This document shows positions 23,887 to 38,216 of a stretch of 64,000 nucleotides of DNA, piece by piece. The stretch spans positions 198,816,005-198,880,004 of the forward strand of contig NC_092370.1 of NCBI RefSeq assembly GCF_030028105.1, written 5' to 3'. This DNA comes from Mobula birostris (taxonomy: Eukaryota). A model generated the notes under the pieces. It saw only the letters and a list, made by a program, of their open reading frames with translations. It searched no databases and was not told the DNA's origin. Position numbers and translations under genes: made by a program. Position 1 is the first letter of the stretch; each line of letters opens with the position of its first letter.

Positions 23887-26392
23887 CTGGTCTCATATCC
23901 ATAAAAGAGATAGAAAAGTACTCTCTTCCTGGAATTTCACGACAGCTGAGGTTACTATTTGTACAATTGTATGAAAATTGTCCTGAAAACAATTGTTCTA
24001 GCCCCAGGTAGTACCATGTTATTGTTTTCATAAAGAATTATGGAACAATTATGATATGTTATTCTAAATAATATCATCTGTATTCTGTATTAAGCAACCC
24101 CTCATTTTGAGACTGTGGTCCCTGGTTCTTGACACTCCACTTACTAAAAACATAATTTCTACATCTACTTTGTCAATTCTTATGAAATTTTGTACATTTC
24201 AAAGAGATTACCATTAGAACATAGGAGTCTGTAAATTTCTTAGGGGGTTTGATCTTGAGACAATGATGGAATGGGTCCCTATTGTGGATTCTTTATGCAC
24301 TCTTAGTGGTTGTTCAGTTGTACAACTTAGCCTGGATTTTGCACAGGGATAATGTCAGACCCACCATTGTTCTAGAGTAAATCTGAGTATCATCTACTGC
24401 ACATGCATGATTAAATACGGGAAAAGTGAACTGTGGTGTTTCTCTACAAGTCTCACTGCACCAGTACCTGACTTTGGTGCAGGTAATTGACAGATGCAAA
24501 GTTGTTCTTTTTACGCACTGAATACCTATTAAATAGTCAAAGGTTGTCCATTCAAAGGAAATAATAGCACAATGGATCAGAATTATTGCTAAACAAGCTG
24601 CCCAGAACTGAAAATTTATTTATTTTGATGATTCATTCCTTCATTGTTTTTGGCTATATGTAAAGATTAATGTGAGTTTTTGTTTACACTTTGTTTCATC
24701 ATAATGTTAAAAACATTTTGCTTCAGTTGCTCAGTTCCTTAAAGAATCCATAAGTGTGTATCAATTACAAGTACACATTCTACCTTGAACATTTTCAAAC
24801 ACAAAACTGTTCATCTGCCAGAGCTGAGCTAAGGGAGAATTTTCTCCTTAATCCATCTGATCCACCTTCATCAGTTCAAAACGTTGATGATAAAGGTTTT
24901 TTTCTAATTAAAACTTGAGTTTTGTGATTTTTCAAAATTTTATTCTTGAGAATAGATTAAAATCACCATATCATTTGGTATGAGTACCTTGCCACTAACA
25001 AACCAAAGAACCATCTGATTTACTAGCAACTAACAACCTACTATCATAATGGACTGGAGGGGTGGGGGCACTTTTATTATTCTGGAATTCCACTTTGCTG
25101 ATAATTTGTAAGAATATTTTGTCTAGCAACCAGTTTCAGAAAAAAAAGCCGTCATTTCTGTCTTTCCTCATACATGAGTGAAATAATTCTAGTTCTTCAG
25201 ATAAAAATAAGGCTATTGTACTGGAAAGCAGGAGATCAGAATTTGCAGTGTTTTTGTGAAAATTCCGTAGCACAATATTTTGACGGCAAGTCACTGGGAA
25301 AGGTAATTTTATTGATTAGCTTGATTTTCTCGAGCTAATACTCTGTTGATAACATACTCAGTAGCTAAAATATCATATTGGTGAACTGTAGAACAAAATA
25401 TAGAATAAAGATTTTCTGATTTAATACTCAATTTTCTGCTACCATCAAACACTGAAAAAAAACAAAATAATTTCAATAATTACAATGCCTATGCTGCTTA
25501 CTTCAAAGATATTGAAAATGCTAAGCTATTTATATTTCTGTTATCATTATATTTATTTTACAACTTCTTCAATTTGAAGTTACTTCTCCTTTTGGTTGTT
25601 ACATTGAAATTGTGCACTATAAAACTTCCAGTTACAGCGTAATCTAACCCTCTCCTTAATTTTTTTATGTTCCATTAATGGCTATGTTGAGTGGCATTCA
25701 ATATAAAGTACACTTCATTACAAAATGCAAAGTGCTTGGTTCCCAAGAACCATGTTATAATGGAGGTTTGTTCCTATTCTGCCTTCTTCAGAAAATGATG
25801 TGAAACTTTGAGGTTGTTTGGCACAGAAATGAGAAAATCTGCATGGAGCTACTTGAGGAATAATTATCAAAACTAAAATAAATGTCTTCTATTATCCTGA
25901 TGTCCCCCATCCTTTGGGATTTTGACAGTTATCACAAATGCAATTGCGAGACATTCACTTCTCAAAATTGTTAATCGCCGGTGGCAAGATGTTTGCTTTG
26001 GGAGTTTCTTCTTAGTACCATTCACTGCTGTTGGGACTGGTTTACTTTGAACATTCTATCTTATTGTGAATCTAATTGCACATTCGCCAATCAAGAATTT
26101 GTGTCCTTCCCCTTTCCAATTATCCTAAGTTTAAACCATTTCAGATGCACTTTTTTCAGCTGTTGTGGATAGTGAATTAGCCTTCCTGCTATTGCATTTC
26201 TTCTTCAGCCCCCTCGCTCTCCTTTCCTCTTCAGCAGGTTTCCATTTTACGTACTGCTGCCCATTGACAGGCATACTATCACTGGCTTTATATCACAACT
26301 ACTTTTTTGTAGCTAAAAGTGCAAATGCTACCAAATAAAAGAGTTGTACAGTAAAGAACGCCACTGATTCCATGTCAGAGTTACTCTGTCAG

Positions 26393-26815
26393 AACTCGCT
26401 GGAATTTAGAAGAAAGGGGGAGGATCTCATTGAAACCTTTCAAATATTGAAAGGCTTAGTCAGAATGGATGTAGAGAGAATGTTTCCTATAGCAGGGGAA
26501 TTCTAGAACCAGAGGGCACCGCCTCAGAATAGAAAAATATCCCTTTAGAACAGAGATGAAGAGGAATTTCTTAGCTAGAGGGTGGTGAATCTGTGGAATT
26601 CATTGATGTAGAAGGCTGTGGAGGCCAAGTCATTGTGTATATTTAAAGCAGAGGTTGATGGGTTCTTGATTAGTAATGGCTTCAAAGGTTACAGGGAGAA
26701 GGCAGGAGAATGGGGTTGAAAGGAATTATAAATCAGCCTGGATGAAATGGCAGAGCAGACTCGATAGGCAATATAGCCTAATTTTCTCCTAAGCCTCATT
26801 GTCTTATGGTCTAAC
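26393..26815 (+). mobile_element. CR1 LINE 3' end
   Basis: CTGGAATTTAGAAGA...GGATCTCATTGAAACC...GGTGGTGAATCTGTGGAATTC and a tail ending TCTTATGGTCT. Confidence 0.85.
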
Positions 26816-29800
26816 TTGAGATGAGAATGAATGGAAACAGCAAAAAATAAAGAAAGGGTTAAAATTAATATTAAAGTAAGTAAAATATATTGTGACTTAA
26901 GTGCAATTTAGCAGCATGTTATAAATTCTGACAACAAATTTTGTTTATTTATGAGGAAGCTTGATAATATTATGTATTCAAAGAATCTAGAAATTACACT
27001 TAAGCCACAACAAGTTTGGACCAAAATTAAAATATAATTTCCCCTCAAAGTTGGAAATGGTAAACTTTCAAAGTAACTTCACTTAAAAGGTTCTAGTAAT
27101 TATGCAGCACTGATAGGACTAGAACTTGATCCATGAAAATGCCAATAAACAAAGATATTATTATACTATAATTGTACATTTCTTTAGTGTCATATTACTT
27201 AATATTTAGATTAAGGTCTGTTGATATGAATTCTCATTCTCTACCTTTTGCAGATCAATACATTATGTTAAAGAACTTTTAGCTGTGGCCTCCCATGTAA
27301 AGTAGTCAAGCTGCATATTCATAGTGAAAGTATTTTCCGAAATTCCTTTAATTTGTCGTGCACTCGTCTCAGATGAGGAGGAATGTGCTTCACAGATGTC
27401 TGACACAAAGTGACTTGATTGTTATATTCCTAATGTTACAATATATCTGTTTAAATGTAATGATCACTTAATATTTAAGAAAAAAATCTGCATTTCCTAA
27501 AATGACTGACTATTAAGATGCTAGGAGATAAAGTTGCATATACAATAGTTCTCAGTTAATGCTTTTATATAGATCATTCTGAACTGTTTGATATAATATG
27601 TGGTCATTCAGGAAAAAAACTCTTCTTGCTTAAATTATTGGCATAAAATGGAGGCTAAATATTTTATATTTTAAATCCAGCTTCCTAAGATATTATTTAA
27701 ATGATTAAAGATTATATTTAAAGTTGCTACAAGTTTTGAAAAAATAATGATTTCATGTTGATTTTTCAAGCTTTTTTTCAAAATAAAGAGGTGAAGTATT
27801 TGAAATTTATTCATGGGATTTATTTCTCCCACAGTTACATTTTAATAATTTCATTAATTAATCAAATCTGTACACTGTGATGGATTTGCTTTCCTTCATC
27901 TGGTGAGAGAATTTGTTTTAATCTCTTCCAGTTTGCCCGATAAATTATATCTGGTTATTATTACTTTGCTACATAAATAATCCATTGGTACAAAGCACAT
28001 TCCCCAATTTTTTGAGCCAAACATACTATGGATTTGCTGTTATTCTGGAATTCTTTGTCAATAAATCCTATTGCGCACCACAAGAAGCAGAATTTAAAAT
28101 GTATAAATGATCCAACATTGTATTAAGGTAATGCCATTCAAAATCTAGAAACAATTCTATTGTGTTAAACAAAATGGTACTCCTTTTGAAATCTTCTTTA
28201 GATAGGAGATTAATGAAATTATTAGTTGTCCTCGTGGACACCAGTCTTCTGCTGTGGCAAAGGTAACTGGCTGGAGCAGGCCAAGGTTGGAGGTTTCCTT
28301 ATCAAAGCCATGCTGCTGGATCCCAGCCTACTCCTTGCTTTATTGCCATCTAACCCCTGACACTTGAATGCACAAGAGGCTTTTTTTAACTAATATCATC
28401 TTTTTACAGATTTTAATGTCATAAAATTACCTCACAAAATAGTAAAGTTTACCAAAGGTATCATTTTCCACCCGTTCTCTGAATACACTGGATAAGAATG
28501 CAGCAATTTCAGCAAAAATCCAAGCCACTCAGATCTAATCACTGTCTAAGCTGGAGCTTTGTTCAACTGTATCTCCAGTATGGCTTGAGATGTAAATGAA
28601 ATGCAAAGAAGAACAAATCTTTAAATTCTATCATAGCAGTCCCTTAGCCATTTGATGCTGTAGTCTTATCAGTCAATTATATGCACACTAGACTTTAGTG
28701 GCAGCATCAGTTGAACAGTATGGTCTAATGGTGGCTGCAATCCCACGCATTAACCAAACAAAAACTGCTTTCATTGAGTTACAGCAGACTTAATATGAGA
28801 CCAAGTAAGGTCAAACCCAGCCAGCTTTACTGACTAAATCCTGAAGATCCATTCTCATTTCTACAGAAGGATCTCCTAAGCAGTTTTGGATGCTCTTTAT
28901 GATACATTGATCCAAACAGGATTCCATTAAAACTTTGATGCTTTTATTTTTAAACTCAATAGCTTCCAAGCACTGCGTTACTCCTCAAAGTGGCGATTCA
29001 GCTTTCAAGCATTAAGTGGCTTTTGTTTTCTTTCATCTGCACGTGTTCTACTGGTGCTACTTCTGAAAAGCTGGCAGAATGAATCTCCTGCATTAAACAT
29101 CATTTCCTTAGTAAAATCAGCAAAATCCAACTTGCTACTTTGTCCTAAGGTTATGCCGTCTGTGTAATGAGCTTCCAAACAGATATTTGCAGAAGCAGGC
29201 CACGCTCTGTTAACTGTTTATATTTTGGGAGGCTGCCGTCTTTGTGGTGTGAGGTTTTTCATGAATTCTATTGTATTTCTTTGTTTTGTGGTTGTCTGCA
29301 AGAAGATGAATCTCAAGGTTGTATATGGTATACATACATTGATAATAAATATATTTTGAACTTTGAACTTCAGTTAGGGGTGTGTGATATTCTGGCCTTT
29401 AATTTCAATTATTGAGGAGTATAAATCATTCTCCTGGATGTGGCAGTAAGTAGATAGATGTATAACATTAACACATACAGAGATCAGGATGAACTTTCAC
29501 ACTTCTTCATCTCGTCTGGCAAATGGAAATAATAATTGAACATATGATATATGATATGCAAACAGTTCACTTGAAGAAGTTTGCTGTAGGACATAAATAG
29601 TCCTCTTGGATTCGATATCTGCATTACTTCTGACTGTTCAGAACCTGAATCATTTGATGTTCTATTCCTTACCAACTACCCTTATTTATTTGCATTTGCC
29701 TCTGCAAGTCCAGAGCTGAAGCCCTCATTTGTTGTCTCTCCAGAATCAGCTATTCTAAAGCTGGGACAGCACTCTGTCCTCCAGCCTCCTTTGTACCATT

Positions 29801-30344
29801 TCATCTAAACCTCTAATGCCTATATCCCAGCAAATCTTGCTCCTCATCATTGACATGCAGAGATTTTGATATTCCATTTTATGATTAGCAGGACAGTGAT
29901 CCAATGCGAAGTAAATAGATAATGGTGCTTTCTAACTGGAGCAGCAATATCAGGAGGTAATCAATGTGCTGCATTTTCAGGCAGCTTGAGGGATACAAAT
30001 GGACTCATACATTGGTCCTGAGTATAGAATGAATGGAAATATTTCTGAGAGGTTGATATCATTAAGATCCTGGGGAGGACACAGAAAAGTTAAGAGCAGC
30101 TATAAGTGAGAAGAAGGCTACAGTCATGCTGTTTGTAGGGTTGGAGACATTTGGGGCTTTGATGAGCCTGTTAGTGCCACAAGGCAACAGTAACTTCTCA
30201 CCATGAAAACATAATGAAAACTTTGAAGAGAAATTTTAACCAAGCACAGCTAAAGGCACTTGAGAGCTACAACTTTGACAAGTGTTGGTAAGGACCCAAG
30301 CAAATGTCGAATTCAGCAAAAGGATTTGATATCCCAACATTTTT

Positions 30345-30782
30345 AGATCAGGCTTTGCGGAACTGCTTCGCGCATGGACTGGCAAATGAGGGAATTTCAG
30401 GCAAGATTCTATCTCCAACCTTCTCTGACAACCTCTGAGGCAGGAAGCAGTGGGACCAAGTCTCATCTGGAGACTCGGGTACAAAAATGAGGTGAGCGTA
30501 GATAACTTCACTCACCTCAAAATGAACTGATTCCACCTATGGACTCACTTTCAATAACTCTACAATTCATTTTCTCAGTATTTTTATTACTTATTTATTA
30601 TTATTATTGTTTGAATTTACACAGTTTGTCTTTTTTTCACATTGGTTGTTTGTTCACCTTTATGTGTAGATTTTCATTGATACATTTGTGTTTCTTTGCA
30701 CCTACAGTGAATGCCCACAAGAAATTGAATCTCAGGATGACATATGAGTACTTTGATAAATTCACTTTGAACTTTGAAAACT
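30345..30782 (+). mobile_element. Rex1/Babar-type LINE 3' fragment
   Basis: 3' UTR ending TTTGATAAATTCACTTTGAACTTTGAA, same family as 29240-29370. Confidence 0.55.
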
Positions 30783-32959
30783 TAAGCTGCGACTACAGTG
30801 GAGAACTGATGGAGTGCTTCACCATCAGGTGATTTTCTGAAGGATTTTAAAACCATCTCTCCTCTCTGGCAGATAAGCTAGATTTCAAGGCACCCTTTAA
30901 GAAAAAGTGCAGGGCAGTTATCAGTGGGGTCTCCTTGACACTTACTCCTCATGCAATATCACAAAAATACATTAGCTAATAATTATCACATTACTATTTG
31001 TGAGAACATAACATGCTGTGGCTTTTTTGGACTACATTTCAAACGGACTTCATTAGCTGAGAAGAATGTTGCAATAAGCTGATGATATATAAAAGGTACA
31101 ACATCAATACAACCATTTATTTTCCTTAAGTTCTGAGTTGTCAATGCACTCGACCAGTTTACAGGAGAACCGCCCTCAGTTTTGGCCTACCATTGGTTGC
31201 TAAGCTCAAGAATCCAGCAGTATTAATGTTTGTTGAAAGTGTTTTAGGATTTATTTGTACGTACATTAGCAGCTCCTTTCTTTGGCTTGGATTTTGCAGT
31301 CAGCATTGCACAAAGTTGACTTGTGCTGTATTCCAAAATAAATTCAGACCAAAGCCAATATAATTATTTCAGTGGGGACTTCTAGAAGCATAGGGATGAA
31401 TCTGTGGTGGTACAAAGCTTTATCATGTAAGGCATCCTTCTTTATGGGCATGAACCATTTGCAAACAATACCTGATGATGCCTATAGAAGTAGGGTGATA
31501 GGGGTGTTGAACAGCTTGTGATTTAATGTTCAATTCGTATCATTTATGTTGGGCTTCTGTCTGCTCTTAACTCAGTTCTTCTTCTCCACTTTGAATTGTC
31601 ATGGGCTGGTGATTCTGAGAAGTCATTCCGGATGTTGCTTTTTTTTAAAAAGGAGACCTTCTGCCCATCCTTGAATCATTTACCCTATCTACCCAGTAAT
31701 CTCACTTCACAACAGAGCACAGTAAAGAGTACTTTTTGCAGGCATGTAGGTGACATGGCTTGCATAATATAGCTGACTAAGCCTCAATTAAGGGGATGTT
31801 GGCCTGGGGCAAGACACTGATATTGGTTTGCTAATCCATCTTGTGACAAGAAAATAAGGAATGGACCAGTATGGAACTCTTAGAAATTCTCTGAGCCATT
31901 CAGGTGATCAAAACATCTCCAAGTTGTGATCTCTCTGACTTCTCACAAACAATTAACTCAAGTGAAAGGTAACTGCCCCAGTACTAACCATGGTGATGGG
32001 ATAGTGGCATGATTAAAATCTAGCTCATAAGATCCAGAGCAATGAGTTTGAAGTGAACTGAGGTTGGTGAAGAATATAATTAAAATTAATTGCAATATAT
32101 CTGTAATTTTTGTCTAAAGCAATTTGGATGTCCCTCAGATCATGGAAGATGTTACATAACTGCATGTCAATCATTTTTCTTTTTATGTATCTTAACAGTA
32201 ACTTGCTGATTTGAACAGTGGCAATTTGCCCTGGGCTACTCTGGAAATATAATCAGACTCGTAACGTTTTCATGTTGTTTCCCACTGAGAAAAAAGATCC
32301 ATTTTTATTGGCACCTGCTGCAGCTTGTCATTAAATTACACGCGGCAAGCAGCAGTACGTAGCACAAGGAGTTCCAATGTGAAAAGGGGGATATTATCAG
32401 TTTTAGCACCTAGTGAGGTCTCCACTTACTGGTACTGGCCACGTAATGACAGTGATAAAGAGGGGAAAACAAAATGGAATAGACTCTTGTCCCTGTCATC
32501 AACTTTCACAGGGTATCTTTCTTTTCCTGTGAAATGAAGACTCACAATTTGGCTGTGTGTTGCAAGTTCAATGTATGTAATGAGGGCAAATATGCATCCA
32601 ACATGAAGTTCAACATATGTGAAGATATTTGTAGTATGAGCTGTGATTTTCTCTTCTCCACCATATCAGGAAGAACTTTATCATGTGATGCCCACACACA
32701 GCAGGAATGCACGGAGTGGTGAGGACCAGATGTCCATCAATGTGAAATGCTGACCTGCTAAATTGCAAGTCATGCCATGTGTTAAACATGCAGGGAGAAC
32801 CAAGAGATTAGCAGCAGGAGTAGCTCTAGCAAACCTAGGAAGGCCCTCCAGAGGATTAAACCAAGTTTGGTAGGGGGATGGAAAGCAGAACACCGGGTGA
32901 GAAAGTGGAGGGACTGAGAGGAGTGGAGACTGACTGAACTTTCAGTGGGACAACAACGA

Positions 32960-34795
32960 TAACAACATCTTAAGGTTTGCGACAGCTGTAGATAAGAATG
33001 AGTATGGACCTGGTGTGGGAGAGTATTAAATTTGAGCAGGGCAAATTATGTTAGTATTAGACAGGAACTAGGTAGCATTAACTGGGAGCAGATGTTAGTT
33101 GGGCAAATACATATGACATGTGTTTAAAGTCATATACCTGTTGTACTCTGTGTAGCTGGTCTTTAAACACCCTCCTTTTGGTGGGTGTTTAAAGACCAAC
33201 TGCACAGAGGATAGGACAGGTATGATCCAGTAAGAAGGAAGGACAAGGATGGCAAGGTAAGTTCTTTGGCTTAAGGAGAATCCCAGCATACTTTACGCAT
33301 ACACCAAGATCAAGGAGCAAGTAGGAGTACTCAAGGATAAAACAGGGAACAAGTGATTGGAAGCAGAGGATGTGAGTGAGGTCTGAAATGAGTACTTTGC
33401 ATTAGTATTTACCAAGGAGAAGGACATGGAGGACAGAGAGATCAGTGTGGAGTGTGCTAATGTTCATTTTGAGATTAAAAAATAGAGAGTGTTTGGGTAT
33501 CTTAAAGAACATCAAGGTAGATAAGTTCCCAGTGGATTTATGAGCATTGGGAAAACCATGGCCTAATTAGGGACAGTCAGCATGGCCTTGTGTGGGCAAG
33601 TTGTGTCTTACTAACTTGACTACGTTTTCAAGGAGGTGAAGAAGGTAGAGCTGAGAATGTAGTTTACATGGATTTTTTTAGTAAGGTGTTTGATAAGGTC
33701 CCTCATGGGAGGCTCATATAGATTAAGATGGCTGGGATAAACAGTGAACTGGCCATTTGGATTCAGAATTGGCTTCCCCATGTAGTCGTCCATGCAACAA
33801 TGTCTACCAAACTAATTCTGGCTGGAGGTCTGCAAATAGTGGTGTTCTGCCGGGATCTATTTTCTGGAGCCTCTGCAGTTTGTGATGTAAATAAATGACC
33901 TTGACGACTGTGTTAGAAAGTTTGAAGATTGGTGGTTCTGTGGATAGCATTGAAGACTGACAAAGGATACATTGGGATAAATATCAGTTGCAGATATGGG
34001 CAGAGGAAATGGCAGCTGGAGATTAACCTAGCCAAATGTAAAGCATTGCAGTTGAACAGATCAAATATACAGTGACAGTACACTGTGCTGATGTGCAGAG
34101 GGATCTTGAGGTGCAGGTTCATAGGTCCCTGAAAGTGGCTAAGCAGGTGATATGGTGGTAAGGAAACTATATGGAACTCTAGCCTGCTTTAGTCAAGGAA
34201 CTGGGTTCAAGAGTTAGGAAATTATGTTACAGCTTCTCTTAGTTAGGCTGCATTTAGAGTATTGCTTTCAGTTCTGGTCGCCCCATTATAAGAAGTGATT
34301 TGAGGCTTTGGAGAGGATGTAAAAGAGGTTTACCAGGATGCTTCTTGGGCTAGAAGGCATGGGCTTTGGGGAGAGGTTAGACAAACTTGGGTTGTTTTCT
34401 ATGGGGCAGTGCAGGCTGAAGGGAGATTTGATGGAAATGTATAAGATTGTGAGAGGCATGAATAGGTAGACAGCTGGTATCTTTTCCTATGGTTGAAATG
34501 CTAATACCAGATAGCATGTATTTAAGGTGAGAGGGATTCAAATGAGATGTGTGGGGCAAGTGTTTTTGCACAGAAAGTGGTGGGTGTCTGGAATTCACTG
34601 CCTAGGGTGGTGGTAAAGGCAAATACAACGGGAGTATTCAGGAGATTCTTAGATAGGCTCATGATTGCACAGGAAGTGGAAAGATATGGAGATAGTGTAA
34701 GCAGAAGAGATTAGTTTAGTTGGGCATTTGATTACTAATTAAATTAATTTTGTATAACATTGTGTGCCAAAGGACCTGTTCTTGTGCTGTGCTAT
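32960..34795 (+). mobile_element. Degenerate CR1 LINE ORF2 (RT) and 3' UTR
   Basis: ATGAGTACTTTGCATTAGTATTTACC; CAGCATGGCCTTGTG; ATGGATTTT..TAAGGTGTTTGATAAGGTCCC; CAGTTCTGGTCGCCCCATTA, all CR1 RT motifs. Confidence 0.85.
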
Positions 34796-34834
34796 GAAAA
34801 ATTGCCCACCTGTATTACTTAGAATAATCGTTAG

Positions 34835-35470
34835 TCATAGAATCATTTATGGCTTAGAAGAAGACCAGTCAGCCTATTGAATTTGTGCTGGTTTCTTACA
34901 GAAAACTCCTGTCATTTCCGTTCCACGATCTTTCTACAAAGCTCTGCAAATTATTATCTTGTGATTACATCTTGAAAACACACTGTTGCCACAGTCCCAG
35001 GCAGTGAGTTCCTGGTTGTTATTATTGTCCATATTAAAAAAATATTTTCCGTGTATCCCCTTGCATATTTTGCCACACGATCCTTGAAATTTCAGTAAGT
35101 GGGAACAGCTTTTTGCTATTTTCTCCATCAAGATTTTGTACGCCTCTATAATATTTCTTATCTTCTTTGCACAAAGGAGTATAAGCACAACTTCTCTAGT
35201 CTAACGTTATGGATGAAATCCCTCAACCCTGGAATGATTCCAGTAATATTTATCTGTATTCTGTCTGCACTCTCTGCATCATTCTTAAAAGGTGATCAGA
35301 ATAGTGAACAATACTCCAAATAGCCTATCTGGTGTTTGATAAAGACTCAGCATAAGCCTTCCTTCTGTTATATTTTATGAATCCTAGTATCCTATATGTT
35401 TTATGAAGCACTTTCTCAACACTTTCAATGATTTAAGCACATATACCTCTAGATTGCTCCAGTCTTATAC
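34835..35470 (-). mobile_element. Degenerate CR1 3' fragment
   Basis: TCATAGAATCAT tail; CAATACTCCAAATAGCCTA is the reverse complement of the RPxLEYC coding motif. Confidence 0.6.
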
Positions 35471-35719
35471 TCACAGATTAATTGTTAATTATAATTCTCA
35501 AGCCAACATTCAATAGAAATCGGTGCTTCCAGTCCCCTTTAAGAGTCTGCGAAAGCTGCCTAGAGTTCATGGAATTTACGTTGTCTTCAGCCATTGGCTC
35601 CTGGATATGTGCACATTGATAACAATTCTTTTATAGTGAGGGTTAACATTGGGCACACACATCAACGGAGATGAATCAATCTGTGAATATGCACATTAAT
35701 TTTGACTATGCACATGCTC

Positions 35720-36155
35720 AGGAAAATAATTAGCTGCAGATACTAGTGGACTCAGCCCAGTACACCCTGGGCACATCCCTCCCCACAATCAGTAGTGAAT
35801 ACACTGCCAGAGAAGGCAACATCTATCATCAAAGATCCCCACCATCAAGTCATGCCATTTTCTCACAGCTACCATTGGAAAGGAGGTACAGAAGCCTGAA
35901 TTCCCATGCCACTAAATTCAAGAACAGCTACTTCCCTTCAAACATTTGGGTTTTGAAACAACCAATGCAACACTAATCACTACCTCTGTGTAGCAAGGCT
36001 ATGAGCACTTGGCACTTCACTGCTGTTCATGCTTTTTCTTGTGAATGTTGTTTACCTGGTGCTGTGTGTCTGTGATGCTGCTACAAATAAGTTTATCATT
36101 GTGCCTGTGCATGCATGTACAATGTGCGTATGACAAAATACTTGATTTTGACGTT
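35720..36155 (+). mobile_element. Rex1/Babar LINE 3' fragment
   Basis: DSAQYTLGTSLPTI...HAIFSQLPLERRYRSL...FKNSYFP. Confidence 0.75.
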
Positions 36156-36184
36156 GAAGTGGATCTCAGCTTGTTAACGTACAT

Positions 36185-37230
36185 ATGCACAGGCACCATC
36201 CATGTCCTGCAGCTCAACGAGTGAAGTTGTGATGATCTTGGTTCTGGAGCTGAGCTTCCATAGGTTGAACAGTTTCACATATAGTTACACTTTAGTGGGA
36301 AGCTTGTTGGTGATGACAAAGTTGGGAAGAAGTATTCAGAGTGATGATATGACTTTCCATGACCCAGTCTGCCCTGAGGTTGGTGGTGGATTTGATATCA
36401 AGAAATTGCCCAAGACTACAGCTTGCTTTCTATCACAAGGCAAATATACAATGGAGACACATTTCTAATTGTCCCCATGTTTGAGACTGATGGCAAAGGC
36501 TTTTGTGAGGACATGAAACTCCTTGTATAGTGATTTTGATGTTGCTGCACAGTGAGGATTATGCTCATTGTGTTCTAGATGGAAGGGATTCACGTTGTGA
36601 ACTGGGGAGCTGCTCTTTGGTCATTGGAAGGGGTTACTTGTGGGTGTCCCAGTGATGATTGACAAGATGGCAGGAAGACATCTCTGCAGATAATACAGGT
36701 AGATTGGTCTCTTTCTTGAAGATGGCGACATTGATGGTAGTCCTGTATGACCTCCTCTTTGTAGGTAATAGGATGATACTCTGAACTCGTGACTTAATTT
36801 CCTCTCTGCTCAAGTTTCCCACCCAAAACCCCCTTGTTCCTGGCCATCAAACCTACCCTGGTAGAGATCCCAAGTTTTACAATTTCTGTTTCTGAGATCT
36901 TGTTGATTACAGCTGACATATAGCCTTGTCAATCAGGAATGTTGGCAAGGCTGGACAGAATAATTTGCTGTGAAATGGTATCAATGACTGAGTCAAGTTG
37001 AGAAATACTTTGAAACTTTTTTCCCCGTGGACCCTGGTTGTTTCTCTGTGCTTTGTGTCCATTCTTGTCTCTCAGTGAGGCTGGGCCCTTGGCTTTATGG
37101 GCCGTGGGTGCCTTTGACAGTGCTAAAAATTCACTGCATGTCATAGATCCTGGCCTTCCTGCACTCTGGGAAAAGAGTATCTTCATCTGGGTAACATTGA
37201 GGTAAGTAAGGCCAAGCAATGCAATTCCTT
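36185..37230 (-). mobile_element. Degenerate RTE-clade LINE RT fragment
   Basis: Minus translations INVAIFKK, LTKAF and KLFNLWKLSSRTKIITTSLVELQ resemble RTE/BovB RT motifs. Confidence 0.6.
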
Positions 37231-37494
37231 GTCTATTATTTTGAATTAGCTGCTGAGATTTTCAACTGCTTCTTCATATCAAACTCTCCAATCATGTGCT
37301 GTTGAAGTAAACAAGTTATACAACACAGACCCTTTGGCCCACCATATTTGCATCCACAATTAAGCACTCATCTATACCAATCCCACCTCTCCTCACATTC
37401 AACAGGAATTCTGCAGATGCTGGAAATTCAAGCAACACACATCAAAGTTGCTGGTGAACGCAGCAGGCCAGGCAGCATCTCTAGGAAGAGGTGC

Positions 37495-37530
37495 AGTTGA
37501 TGTTTCAGGCCGAGACCCTTCGTCAGGACT
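37495..37530 (-). ncRNA. Minimal hammerhead ribozyme motif (left arm)
   Basis: Minus strand AGUC-CUGACGA-AGG(GUCUCGG)CCU-GAAA-CAUC-AACU. Confidence 0.55.
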
Positions 37531-37721
37531 AACTGAAGGAAGAGTGAGTGAGGGATTTGAAAGTTGGAGGGGGAGGGGGAGATCCAAAATGATAGGAGAA
37601 GACAGGAGTGGGAGGGATAGAGCCAAGAGCTGGACAGGTGATTGGCAAAAGGGGATACGAGAGGATCATGGGACAGGAGGTCCGGGAAGAAAAACAAGTG
37701 GGGGGGGACCCAGAGGATGGT

Positions 37722-37844
37722 TCCTCTACTGTAAAGATGAAGCCACACTCAGGTTGGAGGAATCCTCAACTGTAAAGATGAAGCCACACTCAGGTTGGAG
37801 GAATCCTCTACTGTAAAGATGAAGCCACACTCAGGTTGGAGGAA
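37722..37844. repeat. 41-bp tandem repeat, 3 copies
   Basis: TCCTCTACTGTAAAGATGAAGCCACACTCAGGTTGGAGGAA x3 with one mismatch. Confidence 0.95.
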
Positions 37845-38216
37845 CAACACCTTATATTCCGTCTGGGTAGCCTCCAACCTGATGGCATGAACATCGACTT
37901 CTCTAACTTCCGCTAGGCCCCACCTCCCCCTCGTACCCCATCTGTTACTTATTTTTATGCACACATTCTTTCTCTCACTCTCCTTTTTCTCCCTCTGTCC
38001 CTCTGAATATACCTCTTGCCCTTGCCCATCCTCTGGGTCCCCCCCCCCCTTGTCTTTCTTCCCGGACCTCCTGTCCCATGATCCTCTCGTATCCCCTTTT
38101 GCCAATCACCTGTCCAGCTCTTAGCTCCATCCCTCCCCCTCCTGTCTTCTCCTATCATTTTGGATCTCCCCCTCCCCCTCCAACTTTCAAATCCCTTACT
38201 CACACTTCCTTCAGTT

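Noticed and set aside
37722-37844. 41-bp repeats as a CRISPR array
   Set aside because: Head-to-tail copies with no spacers; the sequence is Penelope coding DNA
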